From NCBI GenBank assembly GCA_051362555.1, contig CM120642.1, positions 21,204,001-21,268,000 of the forward strand: DNA of 64,000 nt, written 5' to 3'. How positions within the stretch are numbered: position 1 is the stretch's first letter; every line of letters starts with the position of its first letter. A model generated the notes under the pieces. The model was given only the letters and a program-made list of their open reading frames with translations. It was not told the origin of the DNA and made no database searches. This document shows, one piece after another, positions 50,432 to 61,595 of this stretch. Origin of the DNA: Lingula anatina (Eukaryota; Animalia; Brachiopoda). Position numbers and translations under genes: made by a program.

Positions 50432-50768
50432 AGGGATAATAACTCTTCGTATGAGATCTATATTTCACAATAAAAACATTGTGAATAACTCATACAAATA
50501 CAATATATTCTGTTTTACCACAAAAATGGCAGTTATAGCTATTATTCTGATATCTAAGCTTGTCTTCAGACCACGTGACCTTCATTGATGGCTAGACTCT
50601 GTTATAATCTCTTAAGAGATTTTAACAAAAAAACAAACTTTTTAGAAAAAAAACAGGGACTAACTTTGAATGTAAAAATGGATTCATTAACCATTGGTAA
50701 GTATGGGAAAATTGTTGTTTACTCCAGGAAAATTCATTTTTTAGCCAAAAGGAAGAGTTATTATCCCT
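50432..50768. mobile_element. Kolobok-like MITE with a TTAA TSD
   Basis: 17-bp perfect TIR AGGGATAATAACTCTTC; TTAA on both sides; empty site ctagTTAActaag at 33777-33780. Confidence 0.9.
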
Positions 50769-52700
50769 TTAACTAAGCTGTACTCACTCTAGGTCCTAAT
50801 GAACGCTGCCACTAATTTTAACGTTCTGTACAAATCGGGTAAACAAAAAACGCATCTTGTCTTCTCTAACACAATCGGTACAGGTGATATCAAACTAAAT
50901 GGTTGATAAGATGTTATTATTTTTGCCAATATGATAGCAGAAATACCTAAATCACCATCCCGGGATTAGGACCCCTTGCGCCATATCAAATAACAAAAAC
51001 AAGTTTAAATCGAAACTTGCCTTCAAAAAGCGGGTGACCTGTACATTATTATGTAATACAGGTGAGCATTTCAGTGAGAGGTGTTCAGGTAGGACCAAGG
51101 TCAGTAGAAGATGGAGAAGACAGAGGTTCTTGGTACGTTGCTGCAATTTCCACATGTAGGCCAAAAATGTAGCACAGAAAATGACAGGAAACTGCCGTAG
51201 TATTGTATAGATGATATAATATAACGTTGTGTATTTTGTGTAGACGACGTTTGCCCAAATGATGCGTTTCGCACAGGGACATTTTAGTCCTTATGACTGT
51301 GGGAACATTGCACTTATGTTCAATACACTCTTCATTAGAATTTCAAAATCAGCTCAGAGTTTGAATGATTTATTTTCTGTAATTTCAGAGAAGAAACGCA
51401 CTTGCCAATGAGGAAGTGAGGGGCTTATTGCAGCTGTCCAAAGGTCTGAACAAGTCCTCAACAAGTAAGACGATTGGGTAGGTATCTACATTCTCCTAGT
51501 TCTTTTATTGGCGAGGTCATTGACCTGTTTTCAAAAAATCAAACATATATTGTATATGAAAGTAAACTTCAAACAGACAAATGCACGTTCGGTAACAAGA
51601 TGTTGAACTATTGTGTCATTGCATTCCTTGAAACGACGGGACCAGGTTGGGGAGGTGAGGGGTGGGTGGGGGTGGGCGGGGGTACAGTGTCCTTCTCTTA
51701 ATTTAAGAGGTATCCCTTCTCCCTTCCTAATTAACAAATCAAAACAAGAACAAGAACAAATGAAAAGCGAAAAAAATGTACATGAAACGAAACTAGACGA
51801 AATCCAGATAATGTATATTCGTTTCCTCCCCCTGAAAACCCTGGCTTAGTCAGTGAAAACTTGCCTAGATAATGTTTTTTTTTAGATCTTGTTAATTTTA
51901 AACTAATTGGGCCCATCTGCCAAATGTTTTCATTCACTGACTTTCATTTCCGAGAATATTTCTGTTATCCGGGCGCCTGGTCCTTTCATATCGCATCTTA
52001 CGTATGAATGCAAAGAAGTATGTTGTCATTAAACAGTGTCCATAGGGTAGAAAAGAATAGGAATGGCAAAATAGTGTTTGGTTAACATAATCCCTTGTGT
52101 TCCAAATAGCATGTTGTAAAGATATACACATACTGCTTCATCAAACTGTGTCATGAATGTGATTTTCTTCGTTTATTTCAGTGACTCCCAACTGCTGTTT
52201 ACCGGGTGATTGGATGCGTCGCCGATCAAAGACACCAGATTCATGTTGGACATCGCCTGAGCCCATGCCAAGATTGTCTCGCTTGTTGAAGTTTGTCTTG
52301 TAGTTTATTTGCAGGGTTGACATTTGATATGAAATGTAATCTTTGCCTTGGATAGTAATATTCTGCATAAAATTTGTATAAAATAATTGTTGTACGCAGC
52401 AAGAATTTTTAACGAAACTTCTGATCAGAGAAAAAAAAAAGAAATGAATGGCGTCGACCCTGCATGTCGCTGGTTATATATGATACATTCTTTCTAAATC
52501 GTAGTACAGTACTCTATCCGCTCATATCGTTTCAAGGTATTTTATTTATTATGTATATTTATTATTGTGTCGGAAGTAAGTACCCATCAATTCTCAAACT
52601 TAAATACGACACTTTTTGGAGTTCACCTTTAACAAAATAATTTTAGTGCAAAAGTATTTTGCTGAAATGATGAGTGAAAACAAAAATGATAGTTATCAAA

Positions 52701-52739
<39 letters not shown>

Positions 52740-54387
52740 GCGATTTTTAGGTAGAGTACTGCGCCAGCCCTATTGATTTTCTAGTTGAAGGTAAAAAATT
52801 GTCTGTGGGCACTTAGCTGTGCATTTGAAGATATTTTAAATATTTATTTTGAATCAAATTGAATTGAATTGAATTCTAAGATTCCGATAAGAAAAATATC
52901 TCAACTTCATTACATGAAACTTTTGAGAGACAAACGGTTTCATACAGTGACCGTTAAGTTTGAGAAAAGAACAAGTTGTTAATTTAACTTACAAACACTG
53001 TACTTCAAGTTATAATGCTTTGGGAATTATAGCGTTATGAAAAAGATAAAATTTGTCCACGTGATTGCAGAATTGCCCATGTATAAGAAACGATCCTTTT
53101 TTAAATTGTGGATATACGTTTGTGACGCATGTTAAGAATGAACTTACTTTGGTTTCGGTGTTTTGATATTGTGTCTGATCAGTGACAGATACACATGTAC
53201 TGCGCTGGGAGGGGTCTAAAACAATGTTAAGAAAATGAAACCAGAGGAGAAATAGGGATTTTCACGAAATTACTGCGCATTCGTTATCGCAGTAGGGGAA
53301 TATATGTTACCATAAAAATTGTCCCTTCCTGGGGCCACCAAAATTAATCAGCATTGCATGAGCTCATTTGTGTGTTGTTCGACTTTTTGCCAATATCGCA
53401 AAGCAGAAATGTAAGTGCGGCCCTGGAAAACGTCTTTGTTCATATGCATAAAAATATTTATTATTAATTGATATTTCTTTGGTTGTGATTGAGGGGTGAT
53501 TGAGAGAAAAAGGTCTGATTAGATGCCAGTCCCGCGCGTCCTCTTGGGGTATTTTTGCTAAGTGTGTCTTGATCACTGAGCACCGGAGACCAGAGTAAGT
53601 GTGTTAGCATTTATGGATTAATGAATTTTAAGTCACCGTTTTTCTCTCTGCGTAATCTTTTCAGTTTTGTTTGTATATTTTTCTTAAATTGACATGACTA
53701 GAATAAGCTTGGAAATTGACCATGTCTTTATGCCGTTCCTGATTCGCATGTGTGCAAATTTAAGTTTTCGCTCAAATTCGTGCCATTAACCTACCAATAT
53801 TAAGGATGTAATGAAATGAAAACAAAACATAAAACACTCGATTCTTAAAAATGACTATTGTTGTCTACCATTTTCTGTGCGAGAATCAGCACGACGGCAT
53901 AGAACAGCGTGCGTGAGTGCGAGTGCACGTGAGGGGAAGACGCCTATGTCAGATTATATGCATTTTGGAATTTCGATATCATTCACACCACTGAAATTGG
54001 ACACTTTGCTCCTCAATGGAATGAGTAATCAATTATTATCGTCAACTTTGAACAAAATTTGACAAGTACGATATGATTTCAATTTATCTACCAGTCCTGG
54101 TCAATTATATGAATTTTGTTTTGGTAAGAATTATGTCGAAATTCTCTTTTATATAAATAAATAGAATCTGCTGTTTGAGCTGCAATTTCCAAAGTGCATA
54201 AAATCCTTCATAAGTGTTACTTAGTCTACTACTTGTGCTTAGACTTCTTGTATTTTTTTGTAAAAGCATAATTTATAGAATTTTTTAGAAATTTGACGCT
54301 ATTGTAATGATTGCTATTAATGTAGAAAAAACGTAACTTCACGTATTTTGTTTTGTATAAAACTTTGTTGAAATTACTTGGAATTTG

Positions 54388-54776
54388 TTGAAACAATAAA
54401 TAATAAAAATAATGTACAGATATTTGTATGTTGAATTTCCTTTCATTTTTCACCTTCTTTCCCCTTTAACTCTCGTTCTCCAGTTCACATGTCTTACCTA
54501 TAGAGCCTCTTGTATTAGTTTACCTTGTTTATTTGAATATTTTTTTGCAAAAGGTAATTTTCTGGGACCCAGGAGCGCCAGGTTTTGAACTTGGGACTTT
54601 TTGACTCAAAGGCAAGCGCGTTACCTACTCCTCTAACTGTTCCCACCCACCCTCCTCGGGAAGACTTTCCTCTTATAGTAACCAAAGGGAAATTTCTGTA
54701 AAGCCCCTTGAAAAGTATTCAATGATTTCCAAGTACCCGAACCAAGAAACGAACCCAAACCCGAGGGGTACCACCG
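54388..54776 (-). mobile_element. ~390-bp insertion containing an internal degenerate tRNA-like segment (54571-54644)
   Basis: Absent at ~37468 in copy 1; minus strand has A-box-like TAGAGGAGTAGG and B-box-like AGTTCAAAACC. Confidence 0.55.
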
Positions 54777-55727
54777 AGTCAATGAAATTATTGTAGTAAC
54801 CTAAGTAAATTTTTTAAAAAATCGTAATACATTAAAGAAATTTTAGAAACGTAAGACAAGTTTGAAGCCCAACCCCAGGTTGCCGCTGAAAAACGCAACC
54901 GTCAAAGAAATAACTAAGACATTTGGTATATTTGGGGAGTCTTTATTTAGTGCCAAACAACTATGTATTAATTATATATAAGTATTTTATTGTAAAACCA
55001 CCAAGTTTAAGAGCACTTAAATCACTACTTAATCACTTTGAATATCCGTAAGACATGCATGTTAGACAAAGTTATATCTCAAAGGTGTAACATATACAAC
55101 AAATGTATTACATTTCACCAATAAACGGTCAACTTTACTACTCGTTTATGGTTTGGTGTTATCAATATCTACAAGCATTTCTTTAAAAAAATCAGAACAA
55201 ATTTGAGAAATTGACAGTGATTAAAAAGATACAAAGCAGTTCATCAATTATTACACAAAATGTGTGCGTCACTGACTAATAAGATCAATAACTTGTGGCT
55301 ATTTCTATATTTACATGATGTATTTGATTTATTATTACCATAGCATAAAACATGGAAAAAGGAACATATCATGAAAATCGCTGTCGAGAATATATATTAG
55401 TAAATTGTTGTAACTTTCAAATGATCTTTCTAAACACTCACTTTTGTCATATGAAAAAATATGTAAAATTGAGCTATTTAAGCTTTTCTGGACAATCAAA
55501 AGTTTCCATATTTATGCGTATTTTATTCGCACGACAACGTAACGCCAAGTCACCACTCGTTACCTTGCTGGTACTTTCGCCCTAAAAAGTTCGGAAACGT
55601 CGTTATTTTAAATAGTTATAAAATAACCATTATTAGTACGATTAATATTTCAACCAAATATTGTTGGTTAATGAATCCACAATTTGTTAATCTTTATTTA
55701 CACAAAAGATTTTCCCAACACATTACC

Positions 55728-55765
<38 letters not shown>

Positions 55766-57339
55766 ATTATTGAAAAACAATTTCACGTTTCCGAACTTTC
55801 TTGGTCGCGTGTATCAAAACCAACAATCTCCCAGGGCCGCTGATTTCATGTGCACTTTTCTCTGACGCATGCAGGGCAGAAAATTACCATCATTTAACTA
55901 GAAACATATCTGTGAAAACGTGTATCTAGTGAAAAATCAATCTGTGGCCCTGGTAGAGGGTAATCATTATTGTAGTACCATTTAACAAAGGCCTTGGCGG
56001 CAAACTTGAAGGTCTTACGAGAATAGAGCACGTTGAAAGGCATAAGGGGCAGATATCTTTACTGAAATAAACCAAACCTGTATCTGACGACCACGCAGTC
56101 TTAGACATGCCATGTTTCTAGTACCCAATGCTTTATTTTAAAGGTATCAACATGATGTATCAACAGAATGATTAACATTTGTTTTGCGCTATCAGTTCGC
56201 CCCCTATGCCTTGAAGGGTTTACATTGTTGGCCAGTGAACCCACAATTTTTAAAGCTCCCGTCATACAAAAATCTGTACAGTGTATCTATAATTCAACTT
56301 ATATATTCAACGGACTGAAATAGTACGACTGGACTAGTGAAATCGTGCCGAAATTAGAAGTGTAATACTTATACAGTGTACCTACTGTCTGTTATGCTTT
56401 TATTTCGACCTCCAACCGCTTACTACAAATATTTACATGTTAGTAAATGGGAATTTAAATGGGAGATTCCACAGCATTTCCCCTTTTTGTCTGCTTCTTG
56501 CAAATATACTCCTTGTACGTCTTCAACTGACGATACTTTTTCTACTAACGAAGTTCGAAATAATTGACATTTCCATAGGACGTGATAAGGTGAAGTAATG
56601 GAGGAAGCAAAATGTTGTGGGGGAAACACTGGGGAATGGCCAAACCATTTTTATGCATGCACGTGTCACAGCACTTCTTATAAAATCAATTATAAATAAG
56701 TGAACATTAAATCCCTAACACTGATACATTGAAACGTTATTCTGAATAGGTTAAAACATAAATATTCGTATACTTAGTTTCCAGACCGCCTCGCATCCAC
56801 TCCCTGATCACGTAAGGTGTAACAACTCTTCCCAGAGAGTAGGTTCAATTTGCTTTATGGGGGAGGGGCTAAAGCTTTTCTGTCCAACCCTCACCCTTAT
56901 CTTACAAGCAAAACTTGATTAAAAATTTACTAAAATCAAAATGCATATATATATATATAGTGCATTTGTGTTAAATATATTTAAAAAAGAAACCAGAAGA
57001 AAACACCCAAAATGAAATATTATTATGTAGGTCAATGGCGATTCTAAATTGGTCCACTGCTTTTATCTGAACAGTTTTCGCCATGTTTGACAAACTGGGC
57101 AGTACTATAACGCCACCTGGAGGAAAATATGATCGTCTCTGTTGCAATAAGTACCTACCACATTATGATATCAACATACTACATGTAGCTGTATATGACA
57201 TCTACGTCTTTGTATGTCCACACATGAATCTACAGTGTATGTACAGGTTTATGTGAGCTAAAATCTAATAAGGTTGGTTTTTAAACGTTAGACCTACATC
57301 TGTGTTTCAGTCTAGAAAGAGGAACTTGATTATGATTGA

Positions 57340-58190
57340 GGTAAGCTTATCTGTTGACTGTGTGTAATTGAAGTGAATTTTTGAGAAGTGAAAACTAGAC
57401 TTAAGACTGATGATAAAAACAAATTCCGATGATAAAAACAGTTAAATGTGAAGAATAATGACATAACAAGTCCAATGGTTGTGACATTTGTACAACTGAA
57501 ACTTAACAACTGTATAAATCTGAGATACATGTAAGCTTATCAGTTGATTGTGTATCACGAAAAAGATTTTTTGGACAATATATTTTATTATTACATTTAA
57601 AAACTGGCAAATCTGGTGTAACTGGCTTACAATAGTTAAGCAATAATAATTTTGACAAATCTAGTCCATTATTTGTGATACTTGTACAAATGCTGCTTAA
57701 CAGCAACAGAAATGTGATAAGTTCATCAGTTACACTGTGTAATTTCTGATGACTGTGTAACTGCATATTTTTAAAACATTTTAAAAGAGTGAAAATTACA
57801 TTTAAAAAACTGCTAAATTCAACAGATTAAAATAGGTAAATGTTAATAACTCTGCGAGATGTACTGTCATGTTTGTAAAACTTGTACAACTGTGGCTTAA
57901 TTAGCAACTGAAATAATCTAAAATAAGCTGATCAGTTAACTGTATGTAATGAAAGTAATATTTAGGACAACATATTTGAGAAAACTGATAACAACTATAA
58001 AAAACTGGCAAATTCCATGGATAAAAATACTTTTAAAAATCTAGTCTAATGTTTGTGAAATGTATACCACTTAAGTAAAAAAAAAAAAACAAAAAAAACA
58101 AAAAAAAAAAAAAAAACAAGTTAATCTGCTATGTGTAATTAAAGAGTTTTTTTTTCACAATTCATTTGAGAAAGGTGAAAACCAGCTGGA
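57340..58190. repeat. Diverged ~190-205-bp tandem repeat
   Basis: AAGCTTATCAGTTGAYTGTGT-like motif at ~57343, 57533, 57719, 57926 and 58118; further copies at ~60024 and ~60420. Confidence 0.55.
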
Positions 58191-58209
58191 GTAAGCACAT
58201 TCTTATAGA

Positions 58210-59210
58210 AACAAAAAAGGGAAACCACCTTAAGTGTTGTGCTTGACAAAATACGGTAAACAACATTCCTCAATTTTTTGAAGAATACATATATTACAAT
58301 TTATAACAAATTGTGGGGAGAAGTAAAGTTCAAATTCAAGGTTGCAGTAAGAATGAGAATATAGGACTTCCCATCCAAGTTCAATTGTATATATCAGAGC
58401 TTGGAAATTTGAAAAGTGCGCTTCATGCTAAAAGTAGGTCAAGGGTCAAATTCAAGGCCACAGGAAGACTGTCAACATACGAGTTCTTATTCAAGTTCGG
58501 TAGTATCTGTGGGCATGCCAGTTTTGGAGACATAAGGGGCAGAAAATTTGCAAAGTTCAGTTCATGGTAAAAAGTAGGTCTAGGGTCAAGTTCATGGTCA
58601 CAGTTAGATTGCCAATGTATGACTATGGGCATATCTCTGCCAGTTTTGGAGATATATTGATGGAAAACTTGCAAAGTTCAGTTCATGGTGAAAAGTGGGC
58701 AAAAGTAAATTTCAAGGTCATATATTGCCAATATATTACTTCCTGTTCAAGTTTAATAGTAACTTTGGGCAAGTATCTGGCAGTTTTGGAGATATAAGGG
58801 ACAAAAAAAGTTGCAAAGTTCAGTTCATGGTGAAAAGTAGGTCAGAGGTCAAATTCAAGGTGACAGATTGCCAGTATGTGACTTCCTATTCAAGTTTTAT
58901 AGTAACTGTGGGCATATCTCTGGCAGTTTTGGAAATATAAGGGACAGAGAGTTGTAAAGTTCAGTTCAAATTGAAAATTAGGTCAAAGGTCAATCTCAAG
59001 GTGACAGATTGCAAGTATATGACCTCCTATTGAATGTCTATAGTAACTATGGGGGTACCCCTAATTTTGGAGTTATTTCACATTTTATTTCACCAATGGA
59101 TATTGCAACATTGTACTTTCTGATATGGTGCAACTCGTATACCATATGGAAAACAAAAACAGACACCATCCCCAGTGATGTGCTTGACAAGATCTATAAA
59201 ATGCACTAAA
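58210..59210 (-). mobile_element. Older, diverged copy of HINE family B (AGGTCA-rich units)
   Basis: GTGCTTGACAA motif and degenerate GGTCAAAGGTCAAATTCAAGG units homologous to 61596-64000. Confidence 0.7.
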
Positions 59211-59680
59211 CAAAAAGTTTCTAGCATTTATGGTTCCAGGATTAGAGATTGCAGTCAAGAAATCTGGCTGCTTCTCCCATAAAAATGCACCAACTGACCC
59301 CAAACTCACGAAGATGAAAGATAACCCTAAGGGTAATACCTGCCCATAATATTATAGGATAGGTCTGAGTAGATTCAGAAAATCAGCATGAATGAAAAAA
59401 AATTTTAAAGAAAATTTTGGCCCATTTAACCTTAAATGGGCATATTTTAAATCCCACATACCACTTTCAGTCATCCATAGAAACTTTTCCTGCAATGCCT
59501 TCAGTTTGGGAGATATTTTGCATTTCATTTTGCAAATTTTGGACAAGGGTGCAATGTGACGAACACCACACCTACACCCCAGCACCGCGCACCCAAAATT
59601 CACATGGATCAAGTTGAGATTATATCTGACCTACATACAAGAGATGGATACATGGTCTCTTACAGTTTAAGAGGAGAAAC

Positions 59681-59854
59681 GGGGGCGTCTCGATAGTCCG
59701 AAGGTTCATTGGTCCGAAGGTTCATTGGTCCGAAAAGTGGTAACATTTTTATCGATTTTCTAATCAAGGGTTCATTGGTCCGAAAGTTCTATAGTGAACA
59801 TTCGGACCAATGAACCTTCGGACTATTGAACCTTCGGACTATCGCTACGGCCCC
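59681..59854. mobile_element. MITE with 16-bp subterminal repeats (GGTCCGAAGGTTCATT) and an 8-bp TSD, GGAGAAAC (MULE/Merlin-like)
   Basis: Inverted ends GGGGGCGTCTCGATAGTCCGAAGG / CCTTCGGACTATCGCTACGGCCCC; TSD at 59673-59680 and 59855-59862. Confidence 0.8.
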
Positions 59855-60490
59855 GGAGAAACAGTAACAGTGACGTGGTGGCAGAGCACGATCTGCAATA
59901 AGACTTAAAATGTATCAAAATTACCATCATGAATATAATTAAATATTAACAATTTTGTCAATTATATTTTATTTCTTTTTAATTTTGAAAAAATGACATT
60001 TGACAACTGCAGATATCTGTGATAAGCTTATCAAATGACTGTGTGTAACAGAAATGCAGCTTATTGGCAATTTATATGAGAAGAGTGAGAATTATTGAAA
60101 ACAAATATTTTAATACGCCAATATATCATATATATCATTCAATATATCATTCAGTCTCCAAAGAAACATCAAATGTGATAATTTGTTTGCTTGTGTAGAG
60201 GTGACAAATTGTCCAGAAATGTGACCTAGAAAACAACATATACCCATTCAAGACTTCTTACTACCAATACCAGGTACAGATTCCTCCTTACAATAAGTTT
60301 CTGGAATCGGGGTTTAGCACACCATTTGACAAAATATATTTGAAAAAAGTGTAAATTAAATATTAAAAAGTGATAAATTTCCCAGATTAAAATAGTTAAA
60401 CATAAAAACATTTGAAAAAGTTTAGCTAAATAGATGACTGTGTTTAATATATTTTCAGTCAATATATTTGAGAAGCTGAAAATAACATTG

Positions 60491-61595
60491 AAAACAAGGC
60501 AGCAAAGCTGTCAAATGTACAGACAAAAAGCAGGAATTAACAAAATAGGCTACTGTCAATTCTGATGCAAAAGTACATTATGTTAAACTGCAAATTCAAC
60601 ATCAAATTCTAATTATGCTCAACAGGTAATACCAATGTATGTAAAATGTGTAACAAACATAAGGCTTCAGGCCCATGGGAGTTCAAGTTCACCCTTTGAA
60701 AATGTAAAACTTCCAGAAAAAGAAGTCAATTAGACTGCTTTTCCAACTCAAGCTGCATTTTAGTCCTGTATTTCTTTTTTGAAAGTTTGGCAATCATAAG
60801 TAACATGGTTTTCCCATAATGGTCATCATGGCAGCAGCACCCAAAATTGTGTTTTCTTCTATTCTGATGCAATATTACATAATGGTTACCAGCATAATGA
60901 CAATCAATTTTTAATAATAAAATATACGTATCATGGATTTTCAGAAAATGTGACAAGCATGGGTCTTCAAGCCTGTGGAACTTCAAAGTCACACCTTGAA
61001 AATGCCAATATGTGAAAAATTAAAATTTCACAAAAAAACTGTTTAACTGGCAGATTGCATTGCCTACTGAAGCTATATTTTAGTCCCATGTTTCTTTCCT
61101 GTAAGTTTGAGAACAGTAAGTGACATGGTTTTTCTTATATGGTCATCATGGGAGCAGTGCCCAAAATAGGTTTTTTTCAAATTGTGATGCAATATTACAT
61201 AATGTTTAACAGCATAATGACCATCAATTTTTAATAATAAAATATTAGTATCATGGATATTCTGAAAATGTGACTAGCAAAGGTCTTCAGGCCCATGGAA
61301 CTTCAAAGTCACAACTTGAAAATGCCAAAATGTAAACAAGACAGCACTGTTCTGAAATGTTTTTTTTCATTTTTAACATTTTTTTACATAAAACAAAATT
61401 AACAGTTTACTGCCATTTTTATATGATCAACTAAGAAAATTGATGAGATGGGAAAAATATCAATAGAGCAGTGTTAAATGTCCAATTTCTTCCATTCTGA
61501 GATTCTGAACATAGTGAATGATTGAATCTGACAAACTGCAATGATATGAGTTTATTTCCATTTTTGAAACTTTATTACACAATACACGATAACAA
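60491..61595 (-). mobile_element. HINE family A 3' portion, interrupted by HINE family B
   Basis: Closely matches 22365-23490 up to gataacaa, where family B begins. Confidence 0.85.

Larger units (their letters stand above)
49853..57254 (+). repeat. Tandem segmental duplication, copy 2
   Basis: Colinear with 33223-48591; lacks the BEL, LINE and CAGGCCTA MITE but has two insertions of its own. Confidence 0.93.

Noticed and set aside
54571-54644. Functional tRNA gene
   Set aside because: The acceptor and anticodon stems pair poorly; treated as a tRNA-derived relic
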